DNA of 64,000 nt from Thermoplasmatota archaeon (GCA_029762535.1 JARVGK010000007.1:44190-108189); one strand, 5' to 3'; positions 37,583 through 48,571 are shown, counted from the first letter of the stretch. Translations and numbers: made by a program. Notes: generated from the letters alone by a model not told the origin.

Positions 37583-38155
37583 TCATATCCCAGGCTGGTT
37601 GGGAGCGGCCCCGGATTCGAAGTACGAACGCTTCTCGAAGCCGAAAGAGTTCGCAACGATAAATGCAGGGAACTGCCGGATCTTGGTGTTGTAGTCCTTG
37701 ACGGCGTCGTTGTATCTCATCCTCTCGACGGTGATCCTGTTCTCGGTGCCCTCCAATTCCACGATGAGATCGCTGACCGCCTCTATGGATCCAAGGTAGG
37801 GGTAGGCCTCATAGGTCAGTATTATCGACCTCAACGCGGCATCCAGTTGGTTCGACGTCTCCACCTGCTCCTCGGTGGATCCCGCTTCCATCCACTGGGT
37901 CCTCAACGCCGTGACGTTCTGCAGGGTCCCGGATTCGAACTCCTGATAGCCCTCAACGGTCGCCACAAGATTCGGAATGAGATCGATCTTCCTCTGGTAC
38001 TGGTTCTCGACCTGCGCCCATTGGTTGTCTATCGATTCCTCCTTGCCCACGAGGTCGTTGTAGGTCCCCGCCGTCCAAACGACGGCGCCGATAAGGAAAA
38101 GGAATACGGCCCCCACGACCACGGCAGCGGCTATCAACCCCACTTTCGCGCTCAT
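37583..38155 (-). CDS. lemA: LemA family protein
   Basis: YNDLV..W.QVENQYQRKIDLIPNLV, EAYP, ELEGTENRITVERMRYN, FPA. Confidence 0.93.
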   Translation of the reverse strand: MSAKVGLIAAAVVVGAVFLFLIGAVVWTAGTYNDLVGKEESIDNQWAQVENQYQRKIDLIPNLVATVEGYQEFESGTLQNVTALRTQWMEAGSTEEQVETSNQLDAALRSIILTYEAYPYLGSIEAVSDLIVELEGTENRITVERMRYNDAVKDYNTKIRQFPAFIVANSFGFEKRSYFESGAAPNQPGI

Positions 38156-38289
38156 GATAACCACAATCAATAACTAATATAAAATCCCGAAGGCATAAAT
38201 GCTAGTTCCGCAGCATTTACACATGTGTACTGAAATGTTCAGGGAAATACCGAAAATTAATTAGCCGTAATGAAAAATCCAATCGGCAC

Positions 38290-41200
38290 ATGCAAATATC
38301 CGAAAAGGTGATGGAGATATGCAGCTCGAAGCTGACACGATCCCGGACGGTGAAAGGGCGGATGGAGTCCATGACCCATAGGACCGAAACTCGGCATGTT
38401 ACGGCGATGACCCTCAAGGTCCTCGCCATATCATTCGTAATGCTCTGCCCGATGTTCACCCACGGCAGCGCGGGGATCGATCCTCGACCCTCGTCCAGGA
38501 TCGAGATCGAACTAGAGCATTACATCTCTCACACCATGATCGAAGGCACCGCCCACAGGGAGATCCTCCTGATGGAAGGAGGGATCTCAAGGGCCGAGGG
38601 AGGATACCGGATCCCCTTCTATTCGCGAATGCTGAGCGTTCCCGGAACGATATTCGATATCGATGTCCGATTCGAGGACCCCAGCACCTTCGACATTCCG
38701 GCGGCCCCCTGGACCACACCTTCGATAATAGGCCAACGCTCTGAGATCGACCCGGAATGGGATCCGAACTCTCATCTGAAAAATGTGCAAAGCTACGAGC
38801 TCATAGACCTCGGACGGAGATCCCCGAACGGGGATAGGCTCTACTCCCTAAGGCTTTACCCGTTGAGATTCCAGGGCGACGGGTCCTCGATCCTTCACAG
38901 CAAGGTTTTGATATCCATCGATCACGCCCCCCTTAATCCCGGCGCGTTCAACGCCGAGAGGAAGCCTTTCGGACCGATCGAATACCTCATCATCACCCAC
39001 GAGGACCTCGAAGATGAGCTCATACCCTTCGCGGAATGGAAGTCGCAGAAAGGGCTGTTCACGAGGATACTCACAACAGAACACATCGGATCGGCATACG
39101 AGGGAGCGGACCTCGCCATGAAGATGAGGAACTGTGTGATGGACATGGAACAGAGGTATGACCTCGACTATCTCCTCATCGTCGGGGATTACGATAAGGT
39201 GCCGACGAGATACACCTACAACGATTATGCATACACCGCCTACGGAGAGCCTGGCTACTACGCCACGGACGGCTACTTCGCCTGCGTGGATGCGGGCACG
39301 ACCTGGAACAAGGACAATGATGCGAACTACGCTGAACCCGGAGAGATAGACGACCCGGTGCCGGACATGGCCGTGGCAAGGCTCGCCATAAACAGCCCAT
39401 CCGTGCTTAGGTCCGTCCTCTCTGACCTGATCCAAAGGGACAAGGAGCTGCCATACTCCTCTCACAACAACGTCCCGATATACATGGTTGGCAATCCCAA
39501 TCCGAACCCCGGAGACCCGGTCGATGTCATGGACCACTTCTGGGACACCTACGGTGAGGACGTTTTCGACGATAGGGAGACCATGCATTACGACGGCACG
39601 GGGACGATGAGCTTCTCCAAGTCCTCGGTGAAGATGGTGATGGACGACCGGCACCAGTTCATGGGATACTTCAGCCACGGAACGCCAACCGGCATCCCGA
39701 ACCTCTACGACCGCAGCGATGTCTCCGATCTCTCCGGGAACGGCCATGCGGGGGTATTCTTCGCCATGGCCTGCTCCACCGGATGGTTCGATAAGCCAGG
39801 CACCGGAGCCAATTACTTCACGGGGGACTGCCTGGCCGAGGCCCTGACGGAAACCCCCGGAAAGGGCGTCGCGGGCTACATCGGGTCCTCAAGGCTGGCC
39901 GTGGGCCACATCGACACCGCATATTCGGGGGACGCTCCAGGACTGATGGAGGACTACTGGAGGGGTGTTGGGGAGGCCATGAACGGCAACCTGAACTCAA
40001 CGTCAGGCGACATATACAGATACGCCATAACGCGGTTCGCCTCCAATTTCCATCCTTTCCCCGGCGGGGCCTCGGACGGGTCCCTTCGCACGTACCTCGA
40101 ATACAATCTCCTGGGCGAGCCCGACGCCCCGCTCATAATAAAGGAGCCCGAGCAACTCTCCCTCACCTTCGACCTCTCGCCGGACCTGACATACGTCAAG
40201 GCAAGGGTCAAGGACTCGGGAGGATCCCCCGTGGAAGGCGTCACCGTCACCATCAGCAGGCTCGGGGAGCTTGGGATCTCCGCATTGACGGACATACAAG
40301 GAGATGTCAACATCAGCATTCCGCCCTCGAACGGCGGCAACATATCGATCACGGCATACAGAAGGGGGGACCTCCCCTCCACCTCATATTTCGAGCTGCC
40401 AGACGAACTCCCTCCGATCGCGATCCTCGAAATATCCCCGGAAGCCCCGGACGGGCTTAACGGATATTACAAGACCACGCCCGACCTCTTCATTGGGGCC
40501 GATGAGGAGGTCGAGGTCGAATACATCCTCGACGGGCAAGGGTCGGTCTTCTGCCCCGGCAACGAGGCGATCCCCCTTCACGACGGGGAACACGAACTCG
40601 CATACAGGGTCAAGGACCTAGCAGGCCACAGATCGGACTGGGACACTATCTCTGTAAAGATCGACACCACCCCTCCCGAACTGCGGATCGATACCGACCC
40701 GCATCTTCCAGACGGCCAAGACGGCTGGTTCAAAACAACGCCGGCCTTATCCCTTAACGCGAACGAGGAAATATTCGACGTAGGCTTGAGCATCGACGAC
40801 GGTTTCTGGACCGGATACACACAGGACATATATCTGGACGACGGAGTGACAAAGGTAGCTATCCAGGCCCGGGACGTCGCCGGGAACTGGAACACGACAT
40901 CGAGGATACTAAAAATCGACAGCACGGCCCCGGTCTCATCCCTTTTCGTATCCCATTCACCTGACGGCCTGAACGGTTACTATGTCACCGCTCCCATGAT
41001 CGAATTGAGGGCCCACGACCCCAACTCCCCGCAGCTGGAATACCGATGGGACGGCGGCGAGTGGAACGTATATCAAGACCCATTCGAGGCCCCGGAAGGC
41101 ATACACGCTCTCGGCTACAGAGCAAGGGACGCCCCCGGGAACGTCGAAGAGTGGAGAACGGAGGAGTTCAAGGTCGATACGGTCGGACCTTCCATTGGGA

Positions 41201-42411
41201 TCGACATAGATCCCGAAGATACGAACGGGCTCAATGGATACTACATATCCTCGCCCATGGTAAACGCCACATGGAGCGAAGGCACATTGTTGTACGCCCT
41301 GAGGGAGGAGGGCTACGAGGTCTCATGGCCCCTTCACGGCAGGGATTGGACCGGACCTATCAAGATACCCGAGGGCAACTGGACGCTCCTTCTGAAATGC
41401 CAGGACGAGGCGGGGAACGAAATAGTGTCCGGCCCGCACTTCTTCAGCGTGGACCTTGCCCCGCCGTCTTTGAACATCAGCTTCTGGCCGGAGATGCCCG
41501 ATGGCAGGAACGGATGGTATGTCACGATCCCCTCGATAACGGCCAAAGCGGGCGCTGAGGACGATCTTTTCTACCGGACGCTCCCCGAAGAGGATTGGAC
41601 CAAATATAAGGAGACGCTCTTCATAGAGGCCCAGAATACAAGACTTGAGTTCAAGGCCAGGGACAGGGCGGGCAACGAGAACGTAGTTCAGGCCCCCCCC
41701 ATAAGATACGATCCGGAACCTCCATGGGTCTCGATAACGAGCCCCTCCTCCGGGGACGTCCTCGGGGGCGGTAGGGTTCTTTTAACTTGGACGGGCGGGG
41801 ACAACGTTATGAATGGAACTACCTACTGGCTCAGATCGGACGCCGACGAGTTCGTACCCCTGGGATACGCACTCTCGCACAACCTTTCGGGCCTATCCGA
41901 CGGAAAGCATCACGTCATCCTGAGAGCCATCGACGATGCGGGGAACCATGCGGAATCGTGGGTAATATTCAATGTGGACTCCACGCCCCCTACTGTCTCA
42001 GCATACGCCCCTGTGGGGGATGCAGTGGACGAGCTCTCGGACATCAGCGTCACCTTCTCCGAGGCCATGGACAGGGATTCCGTCGTCTTCGAGATCGAAG
42101 GGGTATCGGGAACCGTGAGATGGAGTCTGAACGAAGCCGTGTTCACACCGTCCGATCCCCTGTTGAAAGGAACCACATACAACATAACCGTTCGGGGAAG
42201 GGACCTCTACGGGAACGAACTCGCCCCGTTCTCATGGGAATTCACCACGTTGGAGGAGCCTGAGGTCCCCGTGGAGGATAAGGACACCCCCCTCGGACTG
42301 ATAGCTGCGGCAGCCATTTCCTCGATCATGGTCCTGGCCGCTATATCGGCCCTGTTCCTGCTCATCCAGCGAAGAAGGCGCAAGTATGATGAAATGGAAT
42401 TCTTCGAATGA
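38290..42411 (+). CDS. C25-family (gingipain-like) cysteine peptidase with multiple Ig-like repeats and C-terminal TM; true start probably 38362-38407
   Basis: YLIIT..WKSQKG, YLLIVGD, TDGYF, SHG and ACSTG catalytic motifs, YNLLGEP; repeated PDGxNGxY / D.AGN modules; VTFSEAMD Big_5-like domain. Confidence 0.88.
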   Translation: MQISEKVMEICSSKLTRSRTVKGRMESMTHRTETRHVTAMTLKVLAISFVMLCPMFTHGSAGIDPRPSSRIEIELEHYISHTMIEGTAHREILLMEGGISRAEGGYRIPFYSRMLSVPGTIFDIDVRFEDPSTFDIPAAPWTTPSIIGQRSEIDPEWDPNSHLKNVQSYELIDLGRRSPNGDRLYSLRLYPLRFQGDGSSILHSKVLISIDHAPLNPGAFNAERKPFGPIEYLIITHEDLEDELIPFAEWKSQKGLFTRILTTEHIGSAYEGADLAMKMRNCVMDMEQRYDLDYLLIVGDYDKVPTRYTYNDYAYTAYGEPGYYATDGYFACVDAGTTWNKDNDANYAEPGEIDDPVPDMAVARLAINSPSVLRSVLSDLIQRDKELPYSSHNNVPIYMVGNPNPNPGDPVDVMDHFWDTYGEDVFDDRETMHYDGTGTMSFSKSSVKMVMDDRHQFMGYFSHGTPTGIPNLYDRSDVSDLSGNGHAGVFFAMACSTGWFDKPGTGANYFTGDCLAEALTETPGKGVAGYIGSSRLAVGHIDTAYSGDAPGLMEDYWRGVGEAMNGNLNSTSGDIYRYAITRFASNFHPFPGGASDGSLRTYLEYNLLGEPDAPLIIKEPEQLSLTFDLSPDLTYVKARVKDSGGSPVEGVTVTISRLGELGISALTDIQGDVNISIPPSNGGNISITAYRRGDLPSTSYFELPDELPPIAILEISPEAPDGLNGYYKTTPDLFIGADEEVEVEYILDGQGSVFCPGNEAIPLHDGEHELAYRVKDLAGHRSDWDTISVKIDTTPPELRIDTDPHLPDGQDGWFKTTPALSLNANEEIFDVGLSIDDGFWTGYTQDIYLDDGVTKVAIQARDVAGNWNTTSRILKIDSTAPVSSLFVSHSPDGLNGYYVTAPMIELRAHDPNSPQLEYRWDGGEWNVYQDPFEAPEGIHALGYRARDAPGNVEEWRTEEFKVDTVGPSIGIDIDPEDTNGLNGYYISSPMVNATWSEGTLLYALREEGYEVSWPLHGRDWTGPIKIPEGNWTLLLKCQDEAGNEIVSGPHFFSVDLAPPSLNISFWPEMPDGRNGWYVTIPSITAKAGAEDDLFYRTLPEEDWTKYKETLFIEAQNTRLEFKARDRAGNENVVQAPPIRYDPEPPWVSITSPSSGDVLGGGRVLLTWTGGDNVMNGTTYWLRSDADEFVPLGYALSHNLSGLSDGKHHVILRAIDDAGNHAESWVIFNVDSTPPTVSAYAPVGDAVDELSDISVTFSEAMDRDSVVFEIEGVSGTVRWSLNEAVFTPSDPLLKGTTYNITVRGRDLYGNELAPFSWEFTTLEEPEVPVEDKDTPLGLIAAAAISSIMVLAAISALFLLIQRRRRKYDEMEFFE

Positions 42412-42412
42412 A

Positions 42413-43495
42413 TCAGATCCACTTCCTCTTCCTGAAGTATATCAGCATCACCAGAGGGATCGCCGCCATGAGCGTCAGGGCCAACGGGTATCCGAAATAC
42501 CATCTCAGTTCCGGCATGTTGAACGGTGAATAGTCCGGGTCGAAGTTCATTCCGTATATTCCGGCTATGAACGTGAGGGGGATGAATATCGTCGCTATTA
42601 TGGTCAGGACCTTCATGACCTCGTTCATTCGGTTGCTGACGCTCGAGAGGTATATGTCGAGCATGCTCGATGTTATATCCCGATGGCTCTCGATGGAGTC
42701 TATGACCTGTATCGTATGATCGTATAGGTCACGGAAATAGAGTTTTGTCTCATCCTTCACCATTCCTGAGGATTCCCTGTACAGAGATGACACCGACTCC
42801 CTCAGTGGCCAGGTCGACCTGCGCATCGTGATCAGCTGCCTCTTGAGCTCGTGTATGGCCTGCACGGTGCCCCTCTCCGGCCTCTCGATCACTTCGTCCT
42901 CGATGGACTCCACCTTCTCGCCCAAGTTCTCGATTACCAGGAAGTAGCTGTCAACGATCGAATCCATCAGGCAGTATGCCAGATAGTCCGATCCCAAGCT
43001 CCGGACCCGCCCCTTCCCCGTCCGGATCCTGTCCCTTATCGGATCGAAAACGTCCCCTCTTCTCTCCTGGAAGGACAGGATGTAGCCTTCCCCCAGTATT
43101 ATCGAGACCTGCTCGGATTCCACCTCCCCGCCATCCTTGGACGGGTATATCATCCTCAGGACGATGAAGATGTGGCTCTCATGATGCTCTGTCTTGGGCC
43201 TCTGCGAGGTGTTGAGCACGTCCTCTATGACCAGAGGGTGTATCCCGAACTCCCTTCCTATTCGCTCAAGAAGGGACGTGTCGTTGAGCCCGTCGATGTT
43301 TATCCATCGAACGCCATCGGCCTTGGCTTCCCTGGCGCATTCTCCAATATCGGCCATCTTCCTCTCGGAATACCCTTCGGGGCCGTATTCGAAAAGGGTG
43401 ATCACCGGTCTGTCCGACCTGCTCCTGCCCGTATATACGAGGGATCCAGGGGGCATCCCTATCTTATGTTTGGTCCGGGCCTTTTCCATCCTCAT
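42413..43495 (-). CDS. corA: Magnesium/cobalt transporter CorA
   Basis: GMPPGSL, HPLVIED, QRPK, AGIYGMNF, MPEL; start near 43495. Confidence 0.95.
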   Translation of the reverse strand: MRMEKARTKHKIGMPPGSLVYTGRSRSDRPVITLFEYGPEGYSERKMADIGECAREAKADGVRWINIDGLNDTSLLERIGREFGIHPLVIEDVLNTSQRPKTEHHESHIFIVLRMIYPSKDGGEVESEQVSIILGEGYILSFQERRGDVFDPIRDRIRTGKGRVRSLGSDYLAYCLMDSIVDSYFLVIENLGEKVESIEDEVIERPERGTVQAIHELKRQLITMRRSTWPLRESVSSLYRESSGMVKDETKLYFRDLYDHTIQVIDSIESHRDITSSMLDIYLSSVSNRMNEVMKVLTIIATIFIPLTFIAGIYGMNFDPDYSPFNMPELRWYFGYPLALTLMAAIPLVMLIYFRKRKWI

Positions 43496-43545
43496 TCGTC
43501 CACCCCATTCACCAATGGGAATGTTCCTATATAAATCAGGACCGT

Positions 43546-45102
43546 TCAGCGGACGGCAACGCTCCTCAGCCAATCCACATCGGAGAGGTACAGGTCCCTT
43601 ATGTCGGATATCCCGAGGACCATCATGGCGAGCCTTTCAAGACCCAGGCCCCATGCCAGGACAGGTTGTTCGACCCCCGTGGGAAGGGTGACCTCCGGTC
43701 TGAATATTCCTGAACCCCCAAGCTCCATCCACCTGCCCTCGTAGAACACATCGACCTCCATGGAGGGCTCCGTGTACGGAAAATACCCGGGCCTCATCCG
43801 TATCCGCTCGAAACCCATCCTCCTGTAGAATTCCTTCAAGAGGCCCACAAGCATGTCAAAGGACGCGCCCTTCTCGACCAGAACACCCTCTATCTGATAG
43901 AACTCGGGCAGGTGATGAGCGTCAATGGACTCGTTCCTGAACACCTTCTCAATGGAGAACACCTTCAAAGGTGGTTCGGGGTGGTCGTACAGGTACCTGA
44001 TGGTGCTGACCGTGGTGTGTGTCCTCAGGATCGGCTTCATGGCCTTATCCTCCGACCATGCGTACCCCCAACCTTTTGACCCGGTCCCACCACCTCTCTC
44101 ATGGACCTCTCGGAAAGTACCGATAGGATCCATCTCCTTGCTGTTGAACTCCATGGGAGCGAGAGGTCTTCCCAGCTCCAGGTAGAACGTGTCCTGCATC
44201 TCCCTTGCGGGATGGTCCTGAGGGATGAAGAGAGCGTCCATGTTCCACAGTTCAAGCTCGGCGTAGTTGCCGGTGATCTCGGTGAATCCCATGTCCAGGA
44301 ATATCCTTCTGACCCTCTCGATTATTCTCGTAAGCGGATGCGGCCTTCCCCCGGATGGTATGGGGGCCAACGCGTTCACGTCGTAGCGCCTGAAATCCAC
44401 CTTGGACCATCTTCCGTCCTTGAGCAATTCCGGAGTGAGCTGGGTCACCTCCCTTTTGAGCTCTATCCCCATCGAGGCCACCTCTTTGCCCAGGTCCGTG
44501 AGCTCCAGCCTCCTCTCGACGATCTCCCTCTCGGTTATGACGTCCTTACGCCCCTTGAGGTCCTTCAGCACCGCCGGATCGATCTCCGATCCCTCTATCT
44601 CCGAACGCGATAGGGCCTCGATCAATCTTTCGTCCTCACCCTTGACGCCTATCGCCTTCTTTCCGGCCTCCGTGATGACAAGGTATGTCTCCTCCCCCTC
44701 CTTCCTGACCTTGGCCCACCGCTTACGGTTCAGCCATCCTATGGCGATGTTGAGTTCAGCCCGGTTGACCTTTCCACTGGACACGATCTCGGATAGGCTC
44801 GCCACGCCCTCGGACCTTCCGAGTATCTCGAGCACCCGCCTCTCGGGCAGCCCCTGAACGGCATACGATCTGTGCCCCAGGGCTATCATCCTCCTGACGC
44901 TCTCGTGGATCAGGAGAAGGCCCTTCGACCGCAGCCAGGAGGCGGCGTTCATGATCTCCACCTCCTTCGAGAAGCCGCCCTTCCTCATGGCCTTGTCCAG
45001 TCTGAGAGATATCTCATCGGATAGGGCCATCACCAGCTTTTTCTCGTTGAGGCTGAGCTCGTCCCCTATGTCCTTTTTCTCCTTGCGGGTCAAATAACTC
45101 AC
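43546..45102 (-). CDS. pheS: Phenylalanyl-tRNA synthetase alpha subunit (archaeal long form)
   Basis: PQDHPAREMQDTF, LRTHTT, FRNE..D..HLPEF, YFPYTEPS, GSGIFRPE, AWGLGLERL. Confidence 0.97.
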   Translation of the reverse strand: MSYLTRKEKKDIGDELSLNEKKLVMALSDEISLRLDKAMRKGGFSKEVEIMNAASWLRSKGLLLIHESVRRMIALGHRSYAVQGLPERRVLEILGRSEGVASLSEIVSSGKVNRAELNIAIGWLNRKRWAKVRKEGEETYLVITEAGKKAIGVKGEDERLIEALSRSEIEGSEIDPAVLKDLKGRKDVITEREIVERRLELTDLGKEVASMGIELKREVTQLTPELLKDGRWSKVDFRRYDVNALAPIPSGGRPHPLTRIIERVRRIFLDMGFTEITGNYAELELWNMDALFIPQDHPAREMQDTFYLELGRPLAPMEFNSKEMDPIGTFREVHERGGGTGSKGWGYAWSEDKAMKPILRTHTTVSTIRYLYDHPEPPLKVFSIEKVFRNESIDAHHLPEFYQIEGVLVEKGASFDMLVGLLKEFYRRMGFERIRMRPGYFPYTEPSMEVDVFYEGRWMELGGSGIFRPEVTLPTGVEQPVLAWGLGLERLAMMVLGISDIRDLYLSDVDWLRSVAVR

Positions 45103-45139
45103 CGATCTCGTTACCGGAGGATTGCCGGATGATTTTAAT

Positions 45140-45706
45140 TTAACCCCCGAGGATCAGCTCGAGGTACGACCTTCGCTCGAAGGTCGAATACCCTAAAGAC
45201 CCCATCAAAGTAATGACCTTACCCTCCGCCTCTTCAAGGGTCTCCGACATGATCTCACCCTCGAGGAACACACCCAGACCCTCGACCGAGTCCACACAAA
45301 GTACCACACCGTCCATCTCGAGTATATGTCTGGTCTTATTTATGGTCCTGAGCGAGTCAAATCCCATGGAACCGAACAAATCCACCGCCTGGGCAAGGGA
45401 GCATCCTTGAGAGAAGGATAGCTCGATCTCTTTTCTGGATTTGGACCTGCCGGATAGCTTTGGCCCTTTGTATGTCAGCTTCAGGCTCTCCGATCCGTCC
45501 TTGACCTCGGACCGGATCCTCAGAGATTCGTCCGTACTTGCCAGATCACGGCAGGGATGAACGAGATAGATATCGCTCTGAACGACACTTCCCTTCGGAT
45601 CGGCCCCCAGGGTGATGAGGCGCCTCATCAGTGTCGAGCAGATCGCCTCCATCCTAACCGGGTCCTTCGTCATCTCCACGGGGGATTTCATCTCGACCTC
45701 GATCAT
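45140..45706 (-). CDS. cyaB: CYTH-family protein (class IV adenylate cyclase-like)
   Basis: IEVEMK, QSDIY, SLRIR, LTYKGP, K.R, LGVFLEGE, SYLEL. Confidence 0.88.
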   Translation of the reverse strand: MIEVEMKSPVEMTKDPVRMEAICSTLMRRLITLGADPKGSVVQSDIYLVHPCRDLASTDESLRIRSEVKDGSESLKLTYKGPKLSGRSKSRKEIELSFSQGCSLAQAVDLFGSMGFDSLRTINKTRHILEMDGVVLCVDSVEGLGVFLEGEIMSETLEEAEGKVITLMGSLGYSTFERRSYLELILGG

Positions 45707-45793
45707 AAGAGTTCATCTCCACACATTGGGGACGGATGATATCCCAGAACCATTATATTGATTTCCGACCCTACACCCCGGAAGGTGCAAACG

Positions 45794-47215
45794 ATGGCCA
45801 CATCAAAAGCGCGAAAGGACGATCTCTCCTACAGGAGGAGACCGGTCATGGAGACCGCTTCGGCGGATGAGAAAAGGTCCATAGAGGAGATCTGCCGCGA
45901 ATACATGGCATTCATAAGCAGGGCAAAGACCGAGAGGATGGTCGTGGACGAGATCGTCGCGCTGCTCGGATCGAACGGTTTCAAGAACATCGATACTGTC
46001 AAGAAATGGAGGGCCGGAACAAAGCTTTACATGACCAACAGGGGCAAGAACGTTGTCGCCGCCGTTCTGGGAAAGAGGCATCCGGTCGAGGGCGCTAACC
46101 TTGTAGCGGCCCATGGCGACGCCCCGAGGCTCGACCTCAAGCAGAAACCGCTCTACGAGGACGGTGAGACAAGGCTCGCGCTGTTCAAGACCCACTATTA
46201 CGGAGGGATCAAGAAATATCAATGGGTCAACATACCCCTCTCCCTGCACGGAAAGGTCGTCCTCTCCGATGGAAGGGAGATCGATCTTCACATAGGCGAG
46301 GACCCATCGGACCCGGTATTCACCATATGTGATCTCCTGCCCCATCTATATCGAAAGAAACAGGCGGAAAGAAAGCTTTCCGAGGGCATTACTGGCGAGG
46401 AGCTCAACGTCCTCCTCGCGTCCATGCCCGCCGATGAGAAGGATCCGAAGAAGAAGGTCAAGACATGGGTCCTGGAGCACCTGAACAAGGAGTATGGTAT
46501 GATAGAGGAGGATTTCGTATCCTCGGAACTGGAGATAGTTCCGGCAGGGCCTGCAAGGGAGATCGGTCTTGACCGCTCCATGATCGGGGCTTACGGACAG
46601 GACGACAGGATATGCGCCTATACGTGCATGAGGGCGCTTCTGGAGGTAAAGGGGAACGAGCGAACGGCCATCGGATTCGTTATGGACAAGGAGGAGATAG
46701 GCTCCGACGGGCCCACTTCGATCAAGAGCCGCTTCCTCGAGGATTTTTACTCGCGCCTCATGGACCTCAGGGACCCGGACCATCCGGACAGCGCACTTCG
46801 CCGGTCGCTGTCCAACACATTGGCCATATCCTCCGATGTGAACGGTGCGGTGAACCCTTCTTTCAAGGACGTGCACGAGCTGCAGAACGCGGCGAGGATG
46901 GGTTACGGCATATGCGTGACCAAATACACCGGTTCGGGCGGCAAGGTCGCCTCGAACGACGCATCCGCCGAATTCATGGGCGTCATAAGGAGGATACTCA
47001 ACAACGGAAAGGTGCCATGGCAGGTAGGAGAACTGGGCAAGGTGGATGAGGGCGGTGGCGGGACAGTGGCCAAGTTCCTCGCCGAGCACAACATGGACGT
47101 CGTGGATGCAGGGCCAGCACTAATATCGATGCATTCACCCATGGAGATATCCTCCAAAGGAGACGTATGGGCCACTTACAGGGCCTATAAGGAGTTCTTC
47201 GGATACTGTCCGTAG
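45794..47215 (+). CDS. M18-family aminopeptidase
   Basis: KTER, AHGDAPRLDLK, THYYGGIKKYQW, GQDDR, DKEEIGS, SSDV, SMHSPME. Confidence 0.92.
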   Translation: MATSKARKDDLSYRRRPVMETASADEKRSIEEICREYMAFISRAKTERMVVDEIVALLGSNGFKNIDTVKKWRAGTKLYMTNRGKNVVAAVLGKRHPVEGANLVAAHGDAPRLDLKQKPLYEDGETRLALFKTHYYGGIKKYQWVNIPLSLHGKVVLSDGREIDLHIGEDPSDPVFTICDLLPHLYRKKQAERKLSEGITGEELNVLLASMPADEKDPKKKVKTWVLEHLNKEYGMIEEDFVSSELEIVPAGPAREIGLDRSMIGAYGQDDRICAYTCMRALLEVKGNERTAIGFVMDKEEIGSDGPTSIKSRFLEDFYSRLMDLRDPDHPDSALRRSLSNTLAISSDVNGAVNPSFKDVHELQNAARMGYGICVTKYTGSGGKVASNDASAEFMGVIRRILNNGKVPWQVGELGKVDEGGGGTVAKFLAEHNMDVVDAGPALISMHSPMEISSKGDVWATYRAYKEFFGYCP

Positions 47216-47220
47216 ATCTT

Positions 47221-47391
47221 TCAGAGGGAGAGGGCATTCACCGGGCACACGCCGATGCAGGCACCGCAGTCCACGCAGAGTTCTGCGTCAACCTTCGCCT
47301 TGTCGCCTTCCATCGAGAGCGCCTGTACCGGGCAGGTCGCCACGCATGCTCCGCATCCTATGCACGTATCCGTATCCACTTTGACTGCCAT
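47221..47391 (-). CDS. 2x[4Fe-4S] ferredoxin
   Basis: Two CxxCxxCxxxCP motifs. Confidence 0.93.
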   Translation of the reverse strand: MAVKVDTDTCIGCGACVATCPVQALSMEGDKAKVDAELCVDCGACIGVCPVNALSL

Positions 47392-47470
47392 GAGTTCATT
47401 CCTCCATGATATCATCCCCCACCTGGGCGATGGGCGACATCTACAAGTAAAGGAAGAATGTATTTAACGA

Positions 47471-48571
47471 TTGTTGATGACGACTGACGGAGCAGGTGCT
47501 TCAGGCCCTGGCGGGGATCCCATACATATCGATCCAGATAATTGGCTTCCCAGGGACCTGGCCGGGAGATGCGCTCGCTGCGGGACCGGGCCGGAATTGG
47601 AGGGATTTTTCAGATCCGTTGTCTTCCCTGAACTGGATATGGGATATTGGATATCCGAAATGATCAGAGGTATCGGACCTGGAGAGGTCACAACCTTCGG
47701 AGCCATCGCCAGGGGTCTGGGGGATCCCGCCGCCGCAAGGGCGGTCGGGGCCCTGATATCGGAAGGTGTGATCGAAGGCCCCGTTCACAGGGTGATCTTC
47801 TCCGACGGGAGGGTCCCAAGAGGCTCCATGGACCCGTTGTCGTCCGAGATCGGGGATCCGGTCCTGATCAAGCTCGAACGGCCTGTCGAATTCGAGCTGT
47901 CCCGCCCGCCTCTGATCGTCCTTTCCGACATACAGAAGGCGCTTGCAATAAGGGCGGAAAGGGGCACACGGAACGTGAACAGCGTTTGCGGCCTCGACGT
48001 CTCTTACGGATCGATCAATGTATGCGCCCTCTCCAAGTTCACCCTTTCCGGGAAGCATGAAGGGGATATGACGACGGAGGTGGAACCCGGGCTCCCATAC
48101 ATTCCAGGGTATCTGTTCTACCGTGAGGGGCCCTGCATGATAGAAGCCGTCTCCAAGGCCAGAGAGGAGGGAATGATCGATGGGGAGACCCTTCTAATGA
48201 TCGATGGGAATGGGATGCTGCATCCGAGGAGAATGGGTATCGCACGCCAGCTTGGCATGGTCCTGGACCTTCCGACATGCGGGGCTTCGAAGAGGCTGAT
48301 GATGGGCAGGGTCGGGGAGTATCGAAATGCCATAAAAGGGATATCGATAGCGAAAGTGACGGATGACGAAGAGGTTATCGGAGCATCCATCAAAGCGGGG
48401 GAAAAAAAAGCGTTCTACCTATCTGCAGGGCATCTTACGGACCTTCGAACCTGCATACCCCTGGTATCGAGGATGTTGTCGGGGCGTCATCCGGCACCGG
48501 TCAAGAGAGCTCATGACCTTGCCAACGAGACGCGTAAGCGTTCTCTTAAAAACCCCATCGGGCTATCTTAA
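47471..48571 (+). CDS. nfi: Alkyltransferase-like (MGMT-fold) domain fused to endonuclease V
   Basis: IGPGEVTTFGAIA..AARAVG..GPVHRV; GLDVSY, PYIPGYLFYRE, DGNGMLHPRRMGIA, AHDLA. Confidence 0.85.
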   Translation: MLMTTDGAGASGPGGDPIHIDPDNWLPRDLAGRCARCGTGPELEGFFRSVVFPELDMGYWISEMIRGIGPGEVTTFGAIARGLGDPAAARAVGALISEGVIEGPVHRVIFSDGRVPRGSMDPLSSEIGDPVLIKLERPVEFELSRPPLIVLSDIQKALAIRAERGTRNVNSVCGLDVSYGSINVCALSKFTLSGKHEGDMTTEVEPGLPYIPGYLFYREGPCMIEAVSKAREEGMIDGETLLMIDGNGMLHPRRMGIARQLGMVLDLPTCGASKRLMMGRVGEYRNAIKGISIAKVTDDEEVIGASIKAGEKKAFYLSAGHLTDLRTCIPLVSRMLSGRHPAPVKRAHDLANETRKRSLKNPIGLS

